64,000 nucleotides of DNA from Harriotta raleighana (lineage: Eukaryota): positions 8,974,028 through 9,038,027 of the forward strand of contig JBNZDD010013729.1 in assembly GCA_050575255.1 (NCBI GenBank), read 5' to 3'. How positions within the stretch are numbered: position 1 is the first letter of the stretch; each line of letters begins with the position of its first letter. The position numbers were made by a program, and so were the translations under genes. The notes beneath the pieces were generated by a model that worked only from the letters and a program-made list of their open reading frames with translations, was not told the DNA's origin and made no database searches. Positions 36,904 through 47,700 of the stretch are shown here, piece by piece.

Positions 36904-38071
36904 GAGAAGCAGTTGGGAGGGCAGTAGAAGGCACGATCGAAGAGGAGGGAGCCCTGGTCACTAATGATCAGGATATCATTTGTGACCTTGACCAGAGCAG
37001 TTTCCTTGCTTGAGCAGCACAGAAGCCCAATAGGATGGTCTTGTGGATGAAGTGGGATGAGAGGAAAGTGCGAAGCTAGGAGGCAACGACTCTTTCAAGG
37101 ACTTTCGACAGAAAAGGGAGGTTGAGGCTGGGTTGGTAAGCTATGAAGTGTTGAGGGAACGTTTCTTCAGAAATAGGAGTGATAATGGCTGTTTTGAGGA
37201 GTGCAGGAATGGTGCCAGATGAGAGGGACAGGTTGATAAGAAAGTAAAATGGAAGAGATAGAATTCACCGTGGATTTCAAGAGGAAAGTAGATAGGTATC
37301 AGAAAGATAATGGGTTGAAGGGGTATGGGGATAAGAAAGGGCAGTGGGATGTAATGAACACCTTGTTCTGAGATCTGCTGCTCTGATGGTTGAATGGACT
37401 CCTTCTGCGCTTTAAATTTCTATAATTTTATGATCCTTTCTCAGTAGGGTGTGAGTGGTGCCATCCCTATTTGTTTCTTATCATTTCAAGGTCCTGGTCC
37501 TCACCTTTAAAGCTCTCCATGACTTGCCAGGCCATATACTCTAAAGTGAATCAACTATATTTGTGGGTGAAACGTGGCAACCAATTGCAAACAACAGGGT
37601 CCCACAAACAATCATGGATTGAAATGACCAATTTATTATTGTTTTATTTTTTGATGGATTATTATCAGTGTGTGGAGTAAGGAAACTTGCCTAAATTGGA
37701 ATCAAACCCAGGTCTCTCGCTTGCAAGATGAATGCTCTAACCACTGTGCTACTCGACTCCATGCAAAGAGGTTGTTACGATTTGCTCAGTCACCACAACC
37801 CTGTCTGGATAATGATTACAGAATTCTTTTAACCTTATTAACCTGTCAGGACTCACCTTAGAATAACCCTGAGTAGATTCAATCCTAAAATATTTCCCTC
37901 TCTGAATTGCAGCTCCAGTCATGGTGGCGGGGTCTTATGGTTCGCCTGCACCTTGGACCTTTCAAAGACATGTTTCCTAAGAAGAATAAGGGAAAGAAAG
38001 ACAAAGGGAAGAAAGAGAAAGGGAAAAAAGAAGTTGACAAAGGAAAGAAACAGAAAGCAGCAAAAAAGTAG
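31605..38071 (+). CDS. LRRIQ4: Leucine-rich repeat and IQ domain-containing protein 4; 5 coding exons, 1746 nt, 581 aa
   Basis: Exons 31605-32681, 32802-32975, 34949-35087, 36327-36523, 37913-38071 join in frame; tandem LRRs, IQ motif AIKLQSWWRGLMVR, Lys-rich tail; syntenic with LRRC34 as in human. Confidence 0.94.
32802..32975 (+). CDS. LRRIQ4: LRRIQ4 exon
   Basis: ttccag|ATCCCT...CTTGTG|gtaaga; LKTLGLTGNRFRDFPQEICSLVSLEKLHLGQ. Confidence 0.93.
33110..34120 (+). mobile_element. CR1 LINE 3' fragment interrupted by a hAT MITE
   Basis: Colinear with the 8960-9720 copy; KANGMLAFI..., ETYKILKG, NLWNSLP. Confidence 0.9.
33472..33779. mobile_element. Non-autonomous hAT (Charlie-type) DNA transposon / MITE
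   Basis: TIRs CAGTGGTTCCCA...TGGGAACCACTG; 8-bp TSD ctcaagaa/ctctagaa fitting the NTCTAGAN target preference. Confidence 0.92.
34415..34890 (-). mobile_element. CR1 fragments
   Basis: Terminal ttctatga repeat; WQMKFN-EKCEVMHFGR region in reverse. Confidence 0.8.
34949..35087 (+). CDS. LRRIQ4: LRRIQ4 exon
   Basis: tgtcag|AACCTGAAG...CAAG|gtgcac; NLKELYLENN. Confidence 0.92.
35398..35990 (+). mobile_element. tRNA-SINE split by an inserted L2 3' fragment (~35497-35832)
   Basis: SINE head 35398-35495, L2 GGPAFSLSAPTLWNS plus tail, then the SINE body resumes. Confidence 0.8.
36327..36523 (+). CDS. LRRIQ4: LRRIQ4 exon
   Basis: ccacag|GTTTGAAA...ATCAAG|gtttgt; LPENLDQLQKLEVLSLMRNPLKEPP. Confidence 0.92.
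37913..38071 (+). CDS. LRRIQ4: LRRIQ4 last coding exon (IQ motif, Lys-rich tail)
   Basis: ttgcag|CTCCAGTCATGGTGGCGG...AAGTAG. Confidence 0.93.
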   Translation, partial: LQSWWRGLMVRLHLGPFKDMFPKKNKGKKDKGKKEKGKKEVDKGKKQKAAKK

Positions 38072-39379
38072 ACACCTATAAAATGGTGAGATTAAACCAA
38101 GTTGTAGGAATGTGCATTAAATGTGAAAACAACTTGCATTTATGTAGCACCCTTCGCACAGGATGATGTCTTGGGAGTGCATATTGTCAATGGATTCACT
38201 GCTTCAATTTTGAAGTCTAATTCACTGCAAGATACAATCGCAGACTCTCAAAATACATTGCAAGTACCTAGAGCAAGACACTAGTGAACCACAGATATTG
38301 ATTAATTCAGACAAAATGTGCCACTGGTTGCCACTGCATCTCCTCACTCTAGGTCTCGATCTCAGTTCAGTCATGATCGGCTCCGGAAAGGAGATAGGAA
38401 GAGTCAAATTGTAGTTGATTGACAGTGGACTCCAGCAATTCATAATTGGATTTGGCTGTCAATCAGCGAGCGAGTGGATAAACGCACAAGGAAGAAACAA
38501 GGGAGGGAAGGGAAGGAGTCAAATTGTGATTGATTGACAGCCTACAGTCAATCACCTTGGAGGCTCCACTATTGATCTCTTTCGCATCCAATGGGAATGG
38601 CTGCCTCTATTCCTCCACTGGATAACGGTTACTGTGGTGACTTAAGCAGACAAAACGAACACCACCCCCCACCCACTCACCCATCCCACACATGGAGTAG
38701 CATCTTAGAGCTTAAACTCCTGATAATATAATAATCCTTGCATTTGATATAGGGCTTTTCACATCTTATCAAAGTCTCAAAGCGCATCACAGAATATACT
38801 GTAAAGTAAATTGACTGTATGTTTGTAGGCGATATGATAACATCGCTCTGAGAGAAAAGGGTTCAGTGTTGAGTTAACCCTTGTTTAGGCAGAAGTCCTC
38901 CCAGCCATAAGTATGTTATGTAACTGCCGCACATGCTCAGACAGAGGTCTCCTGGCTTTTGGAGGGCCACGCTCTCGTATTATCTGAAGATAATTTTACT
39001 TGAAAACATTTTATAGGATTGTTTACAAATCACAAGAAGTCACAAAGTAACATTTTTAATTATCCAACCCAGTCATAAATATGGTGCATTAAATGCAGCA
39101 AAATATTCAATGAATGAAAGCTCAGCAACACAATGGAGGGTAATAGTAATTACGTTGGACTGTACAGGCAAATGAAAGAAACTATTTGCTCAGGGGAGTT
39201 CAGAGAAGGTTGAGATTTATATTAAGACCTTCAGATTGTGTGCCTGAAAGACTTGGATTTCACAGAAATGTGTTCCAGGGTATTATTTTGAACAATAATA
39301 AAATGAAAGAGTAATTTGAATCTGAATTTAGAAGCTCATTTGCTTTGTGAATATTTTCCTTCTGATATAGATAAGAGTG

Positions 39380-39700
39380 CAAGTAACAATATTCAAAATG
39401 AATGTTCCTCTTATTCCGTTGATTAAAAGCATGAAGGAATTCTCTCTGTACGGTGCTGAAAGCCCATTGTTGCATTCCCAGCATGTGTGAGAGAGGGAAA
39501 TTTGGATAGACTATCCAGTAGAGTTGGGAACCAAGGGCTGGAATCACACCGAGTTGAAGGCTGATATCCAGCTCTAAGAGGTTGTTGAGGCCGGTTAATT
39601 CCTGGAAGATTGGGCCCCATGATTGATCACTGAGAGTACCATTGTACATTAAATCCAACATCTGTAATTCTGTCAAATGTCCAGCAGCCGAGATAGACAC
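39380..39700 (-). pseudogene. LRRC31: Degraded last exon of LRRC31
   Basis: GHLTELQMLDLMYN...LLELDISL / PSTRCDSSPWFPTLLDSLSKFPSLTH / LGMQQW...KRNIHF resembles the human LRRC31 C-terminus but needs two frameshifts; the acceptor reads ttttcg, not AG; no upstream exons seen; position is convergent with LRRIQ4 as in human. Confidence 0.82.
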
Positions 39701-39784
39701 GAAAATAAACAACAACTTGCATTATTATGTCAAAATGGCTCTGAATGCTTTATACAAATTATTACATATATTTTTTGCAGTAAA

Positions 39785-40850
39785 ACACAGCAACAACAAC
39801 AACTTGAGATATATATAGCGCCCTCCATGCCAGATGGTGTTTCAAAGCTCTTCACAAAATGGATAACGGATCCCAGGGCTGAGCCAGGGAGAGGGGGAAA
39901 AAGGTAACCAAAAGCGAGGTCGAAAAGAAAAGTCTTTAGGCACGACCTGAAAATTGGAAAGGAGAGGACGAGGCAAAGGGAGTTCCAGAGCCTCAGGGCG
40001 TAGTGGTTGAAGGCATTAGCACCGACGGTGGAACAGAGGATTGAGGGGACAAGGAGGAGGCCAGACCTAGTAAAGCAAAGTCAGCGGATGCTGTTGTGAG
40101 GAGAGAGGTCAGAGAGGTAGGCGTGTGCAGAGTAGTGGAGGGATTTGAACACAAGAGTGAGGATCTTGAAATCAAAATCGCTCCGAGAGAGAGGGGGAGA
40201 CAATGAAGTCTGGCAAGAACTGGGGTAATTGGGGTTTAGTTCGGGAGACATAGTGGGTGGCGTAATTTTGAATAACCTGGATTTTATGAATGGTGGCGGA
40301 GGGTAGACCAGGGAGGGCATTGGAATAGTCCAGGCGAGAGGAGATAAAGGCTTGGATCAGGGATTGGTAGCTTTTGGGGTGAGATACAGGCGTAGACGGA
40401 CGATGTGTTAATGGTGGAAGAAGGCGGTGCTGGTGAGGGACTGGCTGTGGGGGTAGAAAGATAATTGGGGGTCAAACCTGCCGCCTAAAATACGTACGGG
40501 TTTAGAGTTTTAGGGGCAGGTTGGGTAGGTGGAGGAGGTGAGAGCCGTGGTCTGAAGACATCGACGAGAGCCAAAGAGTACAGCTTCCGTCTTGTGAACA
40601 TTTAGCTGAAGGATATTTGCACTTATCCAACTTTTGATGTCTGACAGACAGGCTGACAGAACATCGGGGGACTGGAGGTCACAAATTGAGGTGGAAAAGT
40701 AGAGTTGAATGTCATCCGCATACATGTGGAAATTTACCCCATGACTGTGGATGAGATCACCAAGAGGAAGCATGTAGATTAGGAAGAGAAGCAGGCTAAG
40801 GATGGATCCTTGGAGTACCCCACAGGTAACTGGGTGAAAGCGAGAGGGAA
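39785..40850 (-). mobile_element. L2 LINE fragment
   Basis: GVLQGSIL, FHMYADDIQLY, LQLNVHKTE; (ttg)n tail next to the LRRC31 relic. Confidence 0.88.
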
Positions 40851-41349
40851 GCCATTAGTAGTGTTAGGTTTAGTCGAATCATTCGGTTTATTTTATGTAT
40901 AATAAGTGAATCAATGTGCATAATATGTAGTATAACATTAGAAATTTAGGTTTAAACTAAGAAGGTTGTAGAATTGCAGTAACCATCCCTGTCTGTAAAA
41001 CAGAACTGAATATAGCCAGGTTGGCACCAGTTGTAGAAGATATGATAAGTGTGAAGGACGGAGAACAGAAAACATGTTCAGTTAAAGACATTAATGTAAC
41101 CACTCTTTGTCTTCCCAAAGATGAGAAATCACAGGGTAAGCGAAGAGGCTGACAAAACAAGGGAGGTGTTTTACAAGAAGATATTTTGAGAAAACAGGAA
41201 TGTTTGATTTTCTCGGATGATTTGCTCGGGCTCCGGCCCAGTGCAGGTCAGAAAACAGGGAGAGAGAGAGAGCCACACACAGACAGACACACAGAGAGTG
41301 AGAGAAGGAGAGAAACACACACAGCCTACCACCCACAACAGAGAGAGTG

Positions 41350-44300
41350 AGACTTACCTTCCACAAATCTCAAGGTGCTCGTGAGAAAGAGGGCAATGAG
41401 CTCCCTAAGGTTTCTCTGAATCTCTGTTGTTCACACGAGAGCAACAAGCCTGAGCCAGGAACAAACTGTTCTAAAAATAAAGGCTGTGAATCTACACTGA
41501 ACCAAACCAAACACAAGCTAACTTTAGTCAAAATCACTGAACAAACCCACAGAAATTCTTAATAATAATAAGTCTTAATAATAATAATAGCCTAATAATA
41601 ATCCCTCCAAACAAAACCACAATAATAAAATTCATCATTTCAATTCACAACTATTTGTGGGGCACTTGGCTGCTGCATTTCGCCCACGGATATAGTCAAT
41701 TCATTTTGCAGTGCATTCTGTGAAGCACTTTGAGACGTCTAGAAGACGTGAAGAGCACTATATCAACTGCAATAAAAATTATTACAGTATTAAACTGGAC
41801 CCAACACAAACTCTCATCAGCTGCTGACCATCAGCCCTGACACTAATTGAGTCTCAGTCACTAAACTGAACCAGGCCTGACCCAGAGCTAATCAACTGCC
41901 AGCAAACAATTTCACTTTAACCTCAGGACAAACTATTGTAACAAATATCCAAACTCTGAACTCACCACATTAATCCAGCAGCATCTCCCTCTTCCTTTTC
42001 CAGCCCTCAGCCTCTGTTACACCAGGGTGTAATGTGCAACCACTAACACCAGGCGGCGCTGGGCGAACCAGGGTGTAATGTGTGTTCGCTGCAGCAGGCG
42101 GCGCTGTGAGTGTCAGTAATGCGAATGCTTTGTTCCCTGGTGTAATCGCTGGAAAGTCAGGGGTCAGGACCTGAACCTCATTTTCCATTTTGCGTATCTT
42201 TTCTATACGTCAAATACCCTGGAATGTTTAGCTCCCAACTTGGTCTCCCTGTAACAACAGCTCAGTAAAGGTTCCTAAAACATACCCATTTGCGCTCTGA
42301 GATGCCCTCCGGTGTATATAAATCGAAGTTGTTGTTGTTGTTGTTGTATTATCTCTATTTGTACCACTAATTTGTCCAATTTAACCACAGCATTATACAA
42401 CTGTGGCTTGTGAGACGACAGTTCTAGCTACTCAGCTGCAGGACTCCACAATATAGTTATATTGAATAGTTTGGATAATTTACTTGGATCTATATTGAAT
42501 CAGAGACTTCACGCAATTATAATAATCCTTGCATTTGATATAGCGCCTTATCACATCATCAAGATGTCTCAAAGCACTTCACAAGACACACTATGAAGTG
42601 AATTCATTATATTTTGAGGGTGAAACGCGGCGGCTGATTGCGCACATCGACATCAACAACAACAACTTCAATTTATATAACGCCCTTCACGCCAGACGAA
42701 GTCTCAGAGCACTTCACAACAATAGATCCCAGGACCGAGCCAGGGGCAGAGGTAGAAAGGTGACCAAAGGCATGGTCGAAGAGAAAGATCTTTAGGTGGA
42801 ACCTGAAACTGAGAAGAGAGGGGACAAGGCAAAGGCAGTGAGGATGGAGTTTCAGATCCTCGGGGCGTAGTGGCTGAAAGCATGACCACCGAGGGTGGAA
42901 TGGAGGATTCGAGGGACGTCCCCACAAACAGTCATGGATTGAAGAGACCAAATTATTATTGGTTACTTTTACTTTTTTTTTTCCATGCTGGTCAACTGCT
43001 CTGACCCAGCCCTGGCAGTGACTGATTAAAGGGAACGTCACTGAGCCAGACCTGACAGAGTCTAGCCCCCAACTAATGCACTCAACCAGTCTTTGCAGAC
43101 CAACTCAATCCAATTCTCAGTCCTGAATCAACTCAACTCTTAAACAACACTGACAGTATACCAATTCTTGGCAACATTAATCTGGTGAGGGGAAGCCCAG
43201 AGGTGAAGAGGGACATAGACCTGGACTGGCTCCAGGACAACCTTTGAATAACTGAGGAGATCCCAGCCAGGCAACAACAGACTGAAAGGAGCTTCCTCAT
43301 CAAAGCTGGAAATGATAAAACAGAGAGCGAGAAATTCATCTGTAAATACCAAAAATTGTACAATCTCCCAAAGATTATTCAAACTAACACCACGATTGAT
43401 CCCGCAGGGCACCAGATACCCAAGATTTGGACTCTTTATCCTTTACCACTTCACAGAGAATCAACATTACACGCGATGTACAGACCACCCAAAGGACAAG
43501 TGCAGATTGTCTGCATCCTGGGACGTCCTCCCGACATGAAACGCACTCCACAATAGCTGCTGTTGTTTCCTCATTTGATTTTACTTAGAGAAGCCCAACC
43601 AGAGCCAAGCTCTACCGCAAGCAAACGGACTTTAACTGCTCTGATCCACAAGCCTCCAGCAAACTCAACAACTCAACTGTAGGCTCTGACCCTGCTCTGG
43701 CACCAACTAACTCTAACCCAACTCTTAACCCCAACCCCCTAAAATCCTTAAAAAATAATCCTCAATCCTCTAAACCGTATCCCCCCCTCCCAAACCCAAC
43801 TCTGTCAAACCACAAACTCTGTTACTAACATCCTCTAATCTTAACCTCCATGATTTTGGCTACTATGTGTTCGCATGTCAGACAACCTGCATGATGTCCA
43901 CATCGTGCTGCCAACCCTCTGGAATATGGAAAAGTGTGAGAGGTGTCACAGCTTTAGTTGTCACTGTGAGATTTCCACTAGTACATTCTTACCTTATCTT
44001 CCACAGATCCCAATGTGTTCGAGAGAAAGAGGACATGTGCACCCTAAGGTTTCCATAATCCCCAGGAATGCAACAAGCCTGAGCCAGACATCCACCTACC
44101 CTAAAACAACCACAGCACAAACTCTCAACAGCTGCCCAACAATCAGCCTTACACCAATTGACTCGTACCCACTAAACAAGTGGTTTCCAAACTGTGGGAT
44201 GTGTCTCTAACAACAACTTCAATTTATATAGCGCCCTCCACGCCGGATGGCGTCTCAGAGCGCTTCACAATAGCAGATACTGGGACCGAGCCAGGGGCAG

Positions 44301-44760
44301 GGATAGAAAGGTCACCAAAGGGAGATGACCAAAGGCGGCAACAAAAACATTGCTGAGTTAGAGTGGGGGCGCTGCTATTCAAAGTTTGGAAGCCATTGCT
44401 AAAACTGAATCAGCCCTAACCCACACCTGATGACCTGCAAGCAAACAATTTCACATTGATCTCAGAACTGTTGTAACAAATACTATCAAATACAATCTTA
44501 CACCATCTACAGGAATTCCAAAGTCTCATCTCAATCTTTCTGTTCCTACAATCTGTGTTGATGAATTGCATCTTCGACCCAAACTCTGAACTCTTCACAT
44601 TAATGCAGCAGCAATTCCTCCATCCAGTCCTTCTCTAAACCCCAGCCTCTTACTCCAGGCGGGGCTGTGTGGGTCAGGGTGCAAATGTATGTTTGCTAAT
44701 GTAGGAGGTGCTGTGCAGGTCAGGGTGTGATGTGTGACCGCTGTACCAGGCGGTTTATTG
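41350..44760. repeat. Diverged tandem segmental duplication (41350-42200 similar to 43985-44760)
   Basis: Shared blocks cttccaca-at..gagaaagagg..ccctaaggtttc..gcaacaagcctgagccag..ctaaaa and gcaaacaatttcac..gtaacaaata..aaactctgaactc..cacattaat.cagcagca..cagcctct..ccaggcgg.gctg. Confidence 0.85.
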
Positions 44761-47700
44761 TAGCTCAGTGGTTAACGAGATTCAGATGAAGGTTAGGGAA
44801 TTATGTTGGGGTTGAGGTTTGCGGTTGTGATAAGATTCATTATGAGGATTCCACACTTCCACTTTTAATAATAATCGTTGCGTTTAATTGAATGTTTCAT
44901 CCCATCATTAAAACGTCCAATAGCTATATTGTAAAGAGCAGTCAATGTGTCAGTCTGACATCCTTACCTAGATTCCTTCTTCCTCAGTTTAGTTGTGTAA
45001 TCGTCAACAAGTATGTTTGTCTAATTTGTTACGACCAATGTTTCAAGTGTGCTATTACTTTATGTTTATTGTAGCTCAGTGGTTAGAGCAATCGTCTCGC
45101 AAGCAAAACAACTAGGTTCAATTTCCCTCAGCGTGAAATGTAGGGCAAATTTCCTTACTCCACATGTCTTACCAGCAGTAAGTAGTAGCCCGGTTGTTCA
45201 TCGATTTGCAGTTTCTTTCTGGGGGTAATAAATGCTTTTTAAAAATTCACTCAATCTATGACTATTAGTGGTACACTGCCACACTGGTAAACAGGGGTTT
45301 ATGTGTACGTGTGTAGGCTGTAAATCTCAATCAGGAGAAACCTCAAATGAACACTGAGTTAAGCAAGGAATGTTCATGGTTACTCGCATGATTTTATTTG
45401 TGCAATCTGCGCATTGGTAGAAATGGTATAATGTGTAGTTGAAGGACGCCACTCAATTATGCCTTTAGGGACCTTTGCATACAGCCCACTGTTCAGCCCA
45501 GCGAGAGCCAGGGAGTGTTGTATGCTGTTCCTAATAAGTCAGGATAGCATTCAGGGTTACAATTGATCTCAGTGTCCCCTGGGTTGAGGACAGGGGAGCG
45601 GGCAAAAAGGATATCTGCCAAGGTTCATTTGCTCCAGATTATGATCCAGCAACTGTTGCCCTTCCCTCGCTGAAAAAAACATCAGTTTCCTCAGATGGGG
45701 AATCCAGAACAAGGGAGTATAATTTTGAAATTAAGAGTTAGGCCATTTAAGAATGAAATTAGAAGGCAGTTTTTCACTTGAAGGACATCTAGACTCATAT
45801 TCATGTTCGATCTTCGCCGACAATCTTTTCCAAATGGAGTAACATACATTTCCACAATGTGGTGCTCAAGCTTCAAAAATAAACTTGCAGGACAACAATC
45901 CTTCATTTACGCAGCTGGGACCCACAAGATTCTTTTAAATAGCGTTTAACCCTCCCACCCACCACTTGAAGGTGGAGTCTTGTAACTCAGTGGTTAGAGC
46001 ACTAGCCTTACAAGCAAGAGACCTGGGTTCGATTTCCGGCAGGGCAAAACCATGGGCAAGTTTTCTTACACCACATGCATGATAATAATCCCTCAAAAAA
46101 AACAAAAATTCGGTCACTCAATTCATGCCTTCTGTATACTGTTTTCTAGTAACGATATTTTTCAACTTTCCATTTCATCAAAGACAGTTCAATGGCTTAA
46201 AGTTATTCTACAGTATTCCTCTCTAGGCTGGAGCTTCACACTGAATAACTTAGCTCTTGATATATTTCCGTGGCACCGATCTGACAGAGCTCACAACCCA
46301 TATTGCACTTTAATTAGGCAATTAGTTTGTAAAGAGATTGTGGTTATTTAATAATGGGTTATTTTGGACTCCATAGTCTGTCATGATGGAGGGAAATGTT
46401 CTAAAGGTGGAAGCCAAGAGCCATTGATTCTTAGCTGCCGACAACTGGAGATTTCCTGTTGCAATGGCTGCTAACAAGGTCCTATTTCACTATTCCAATA
46501 AACAGAGATTCTCCCAGTGTCCTAACCCACAATCATTCAGTTGTTCTGTGAAATGGCAAATGTTCGCTCAATGGGAGCATCTTCTGAAATGCATTATTGT
46601 ACATGTTAGTATCTCTTTCCTGTACTGTGCATGTCCTTATCGGGTGTGTGGGGAAATGGTTACCAATCTGGCACCAATTCCATTAAAGAAGGGTTGGCTG
46701 TGATCTTTAGGGTTTATATAGCATCTTATACATAGGATAACAAAGTTAATAATAAATAATAATAATCGTTGCATTTGGTTTAGTACCTTATCACATCTTC
46801 GAGATGTCTCAAAGCGCTTCTGTATACTGTAAAGTGAATTGACTGTATATTTTGTGAGCAAAAATTAAGTCTGAATTAAACAATTCGCTAACTAATCTGA
46901 AATGCTACTTAAAAAAGTAAATCTAATAATAATGAGGATAATAATCTTTGCATTTCATGTCATGCTATTTCACATTGTCAAAGCAGTTCAGCCCTTCACA
47001 GGGTTTTACTGGGCATTTTTCCTGGTAATTAACTGAATCGTTAATATCTGCCCAAAAGACAGAGGGAATCTAAGTTTAACATCCCATCCAAAGGACGGCA
47101 ACTCCATCAATGTACCACATCTCCAGCGCTGCCCTAGAATGTCAGCCCAGACTGTGAGCTCAAGTCTTGATGTGAGGTATAGTTAGCATCACAACCTTCT
47201 GATACAGAGGCTAAAGTGCTACTACTGAGCCAAACTGACACAGAGCTGGACTTTAGCTAATCATTTCCCTAACTAAGATCTCCACTAAACTCCATATCAA
47301 TGTTTTATAAATGTCTAATTTATACCAAGAGATTTCCAGAAATCCAAATGTATCTGAATGCACCAGCGTCAAATGCCACCATAGATTATTTAATAAGATC
47401 TCATCAAGTCAACTTATGCCAGTAAACACACAAGAGAAGGATCCATCTATTCTCTGCGTAAGTTTCAAGCCTCGGGCTAAATGAAAATGAACAAACTCAG
47501 ACTCTAATCTACCAGGAATTCGTAGCTAAGTAATCTCTCTCAAGTAAATGAATTGTGTGAAATTTAATTTGCACCAGGAATCAAGAGTGGGGGGGAACTC
47601 TCGGAGTGTTTTGTACACAAACTTAAATTGGAAGGAGTTTTTCATGAATTAAACTTCTTTATAAATTTAGAAAGATTGTAATGACAAATGTTAAGTTTTC

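Noticed and set aside
39260-39715. 151-aa ORF as an intact gene
   Set aside because: The middle of the ORF is out of the homologous frame and it has no valid acceptor; treated as the LRRC31 relic
43690-43860. Degenerate telomere-like (TAACCC) tract at the breakpoint
   Set aside because: Only scattered hexamers in generally A/C-biased DNA; no tandem periodicity
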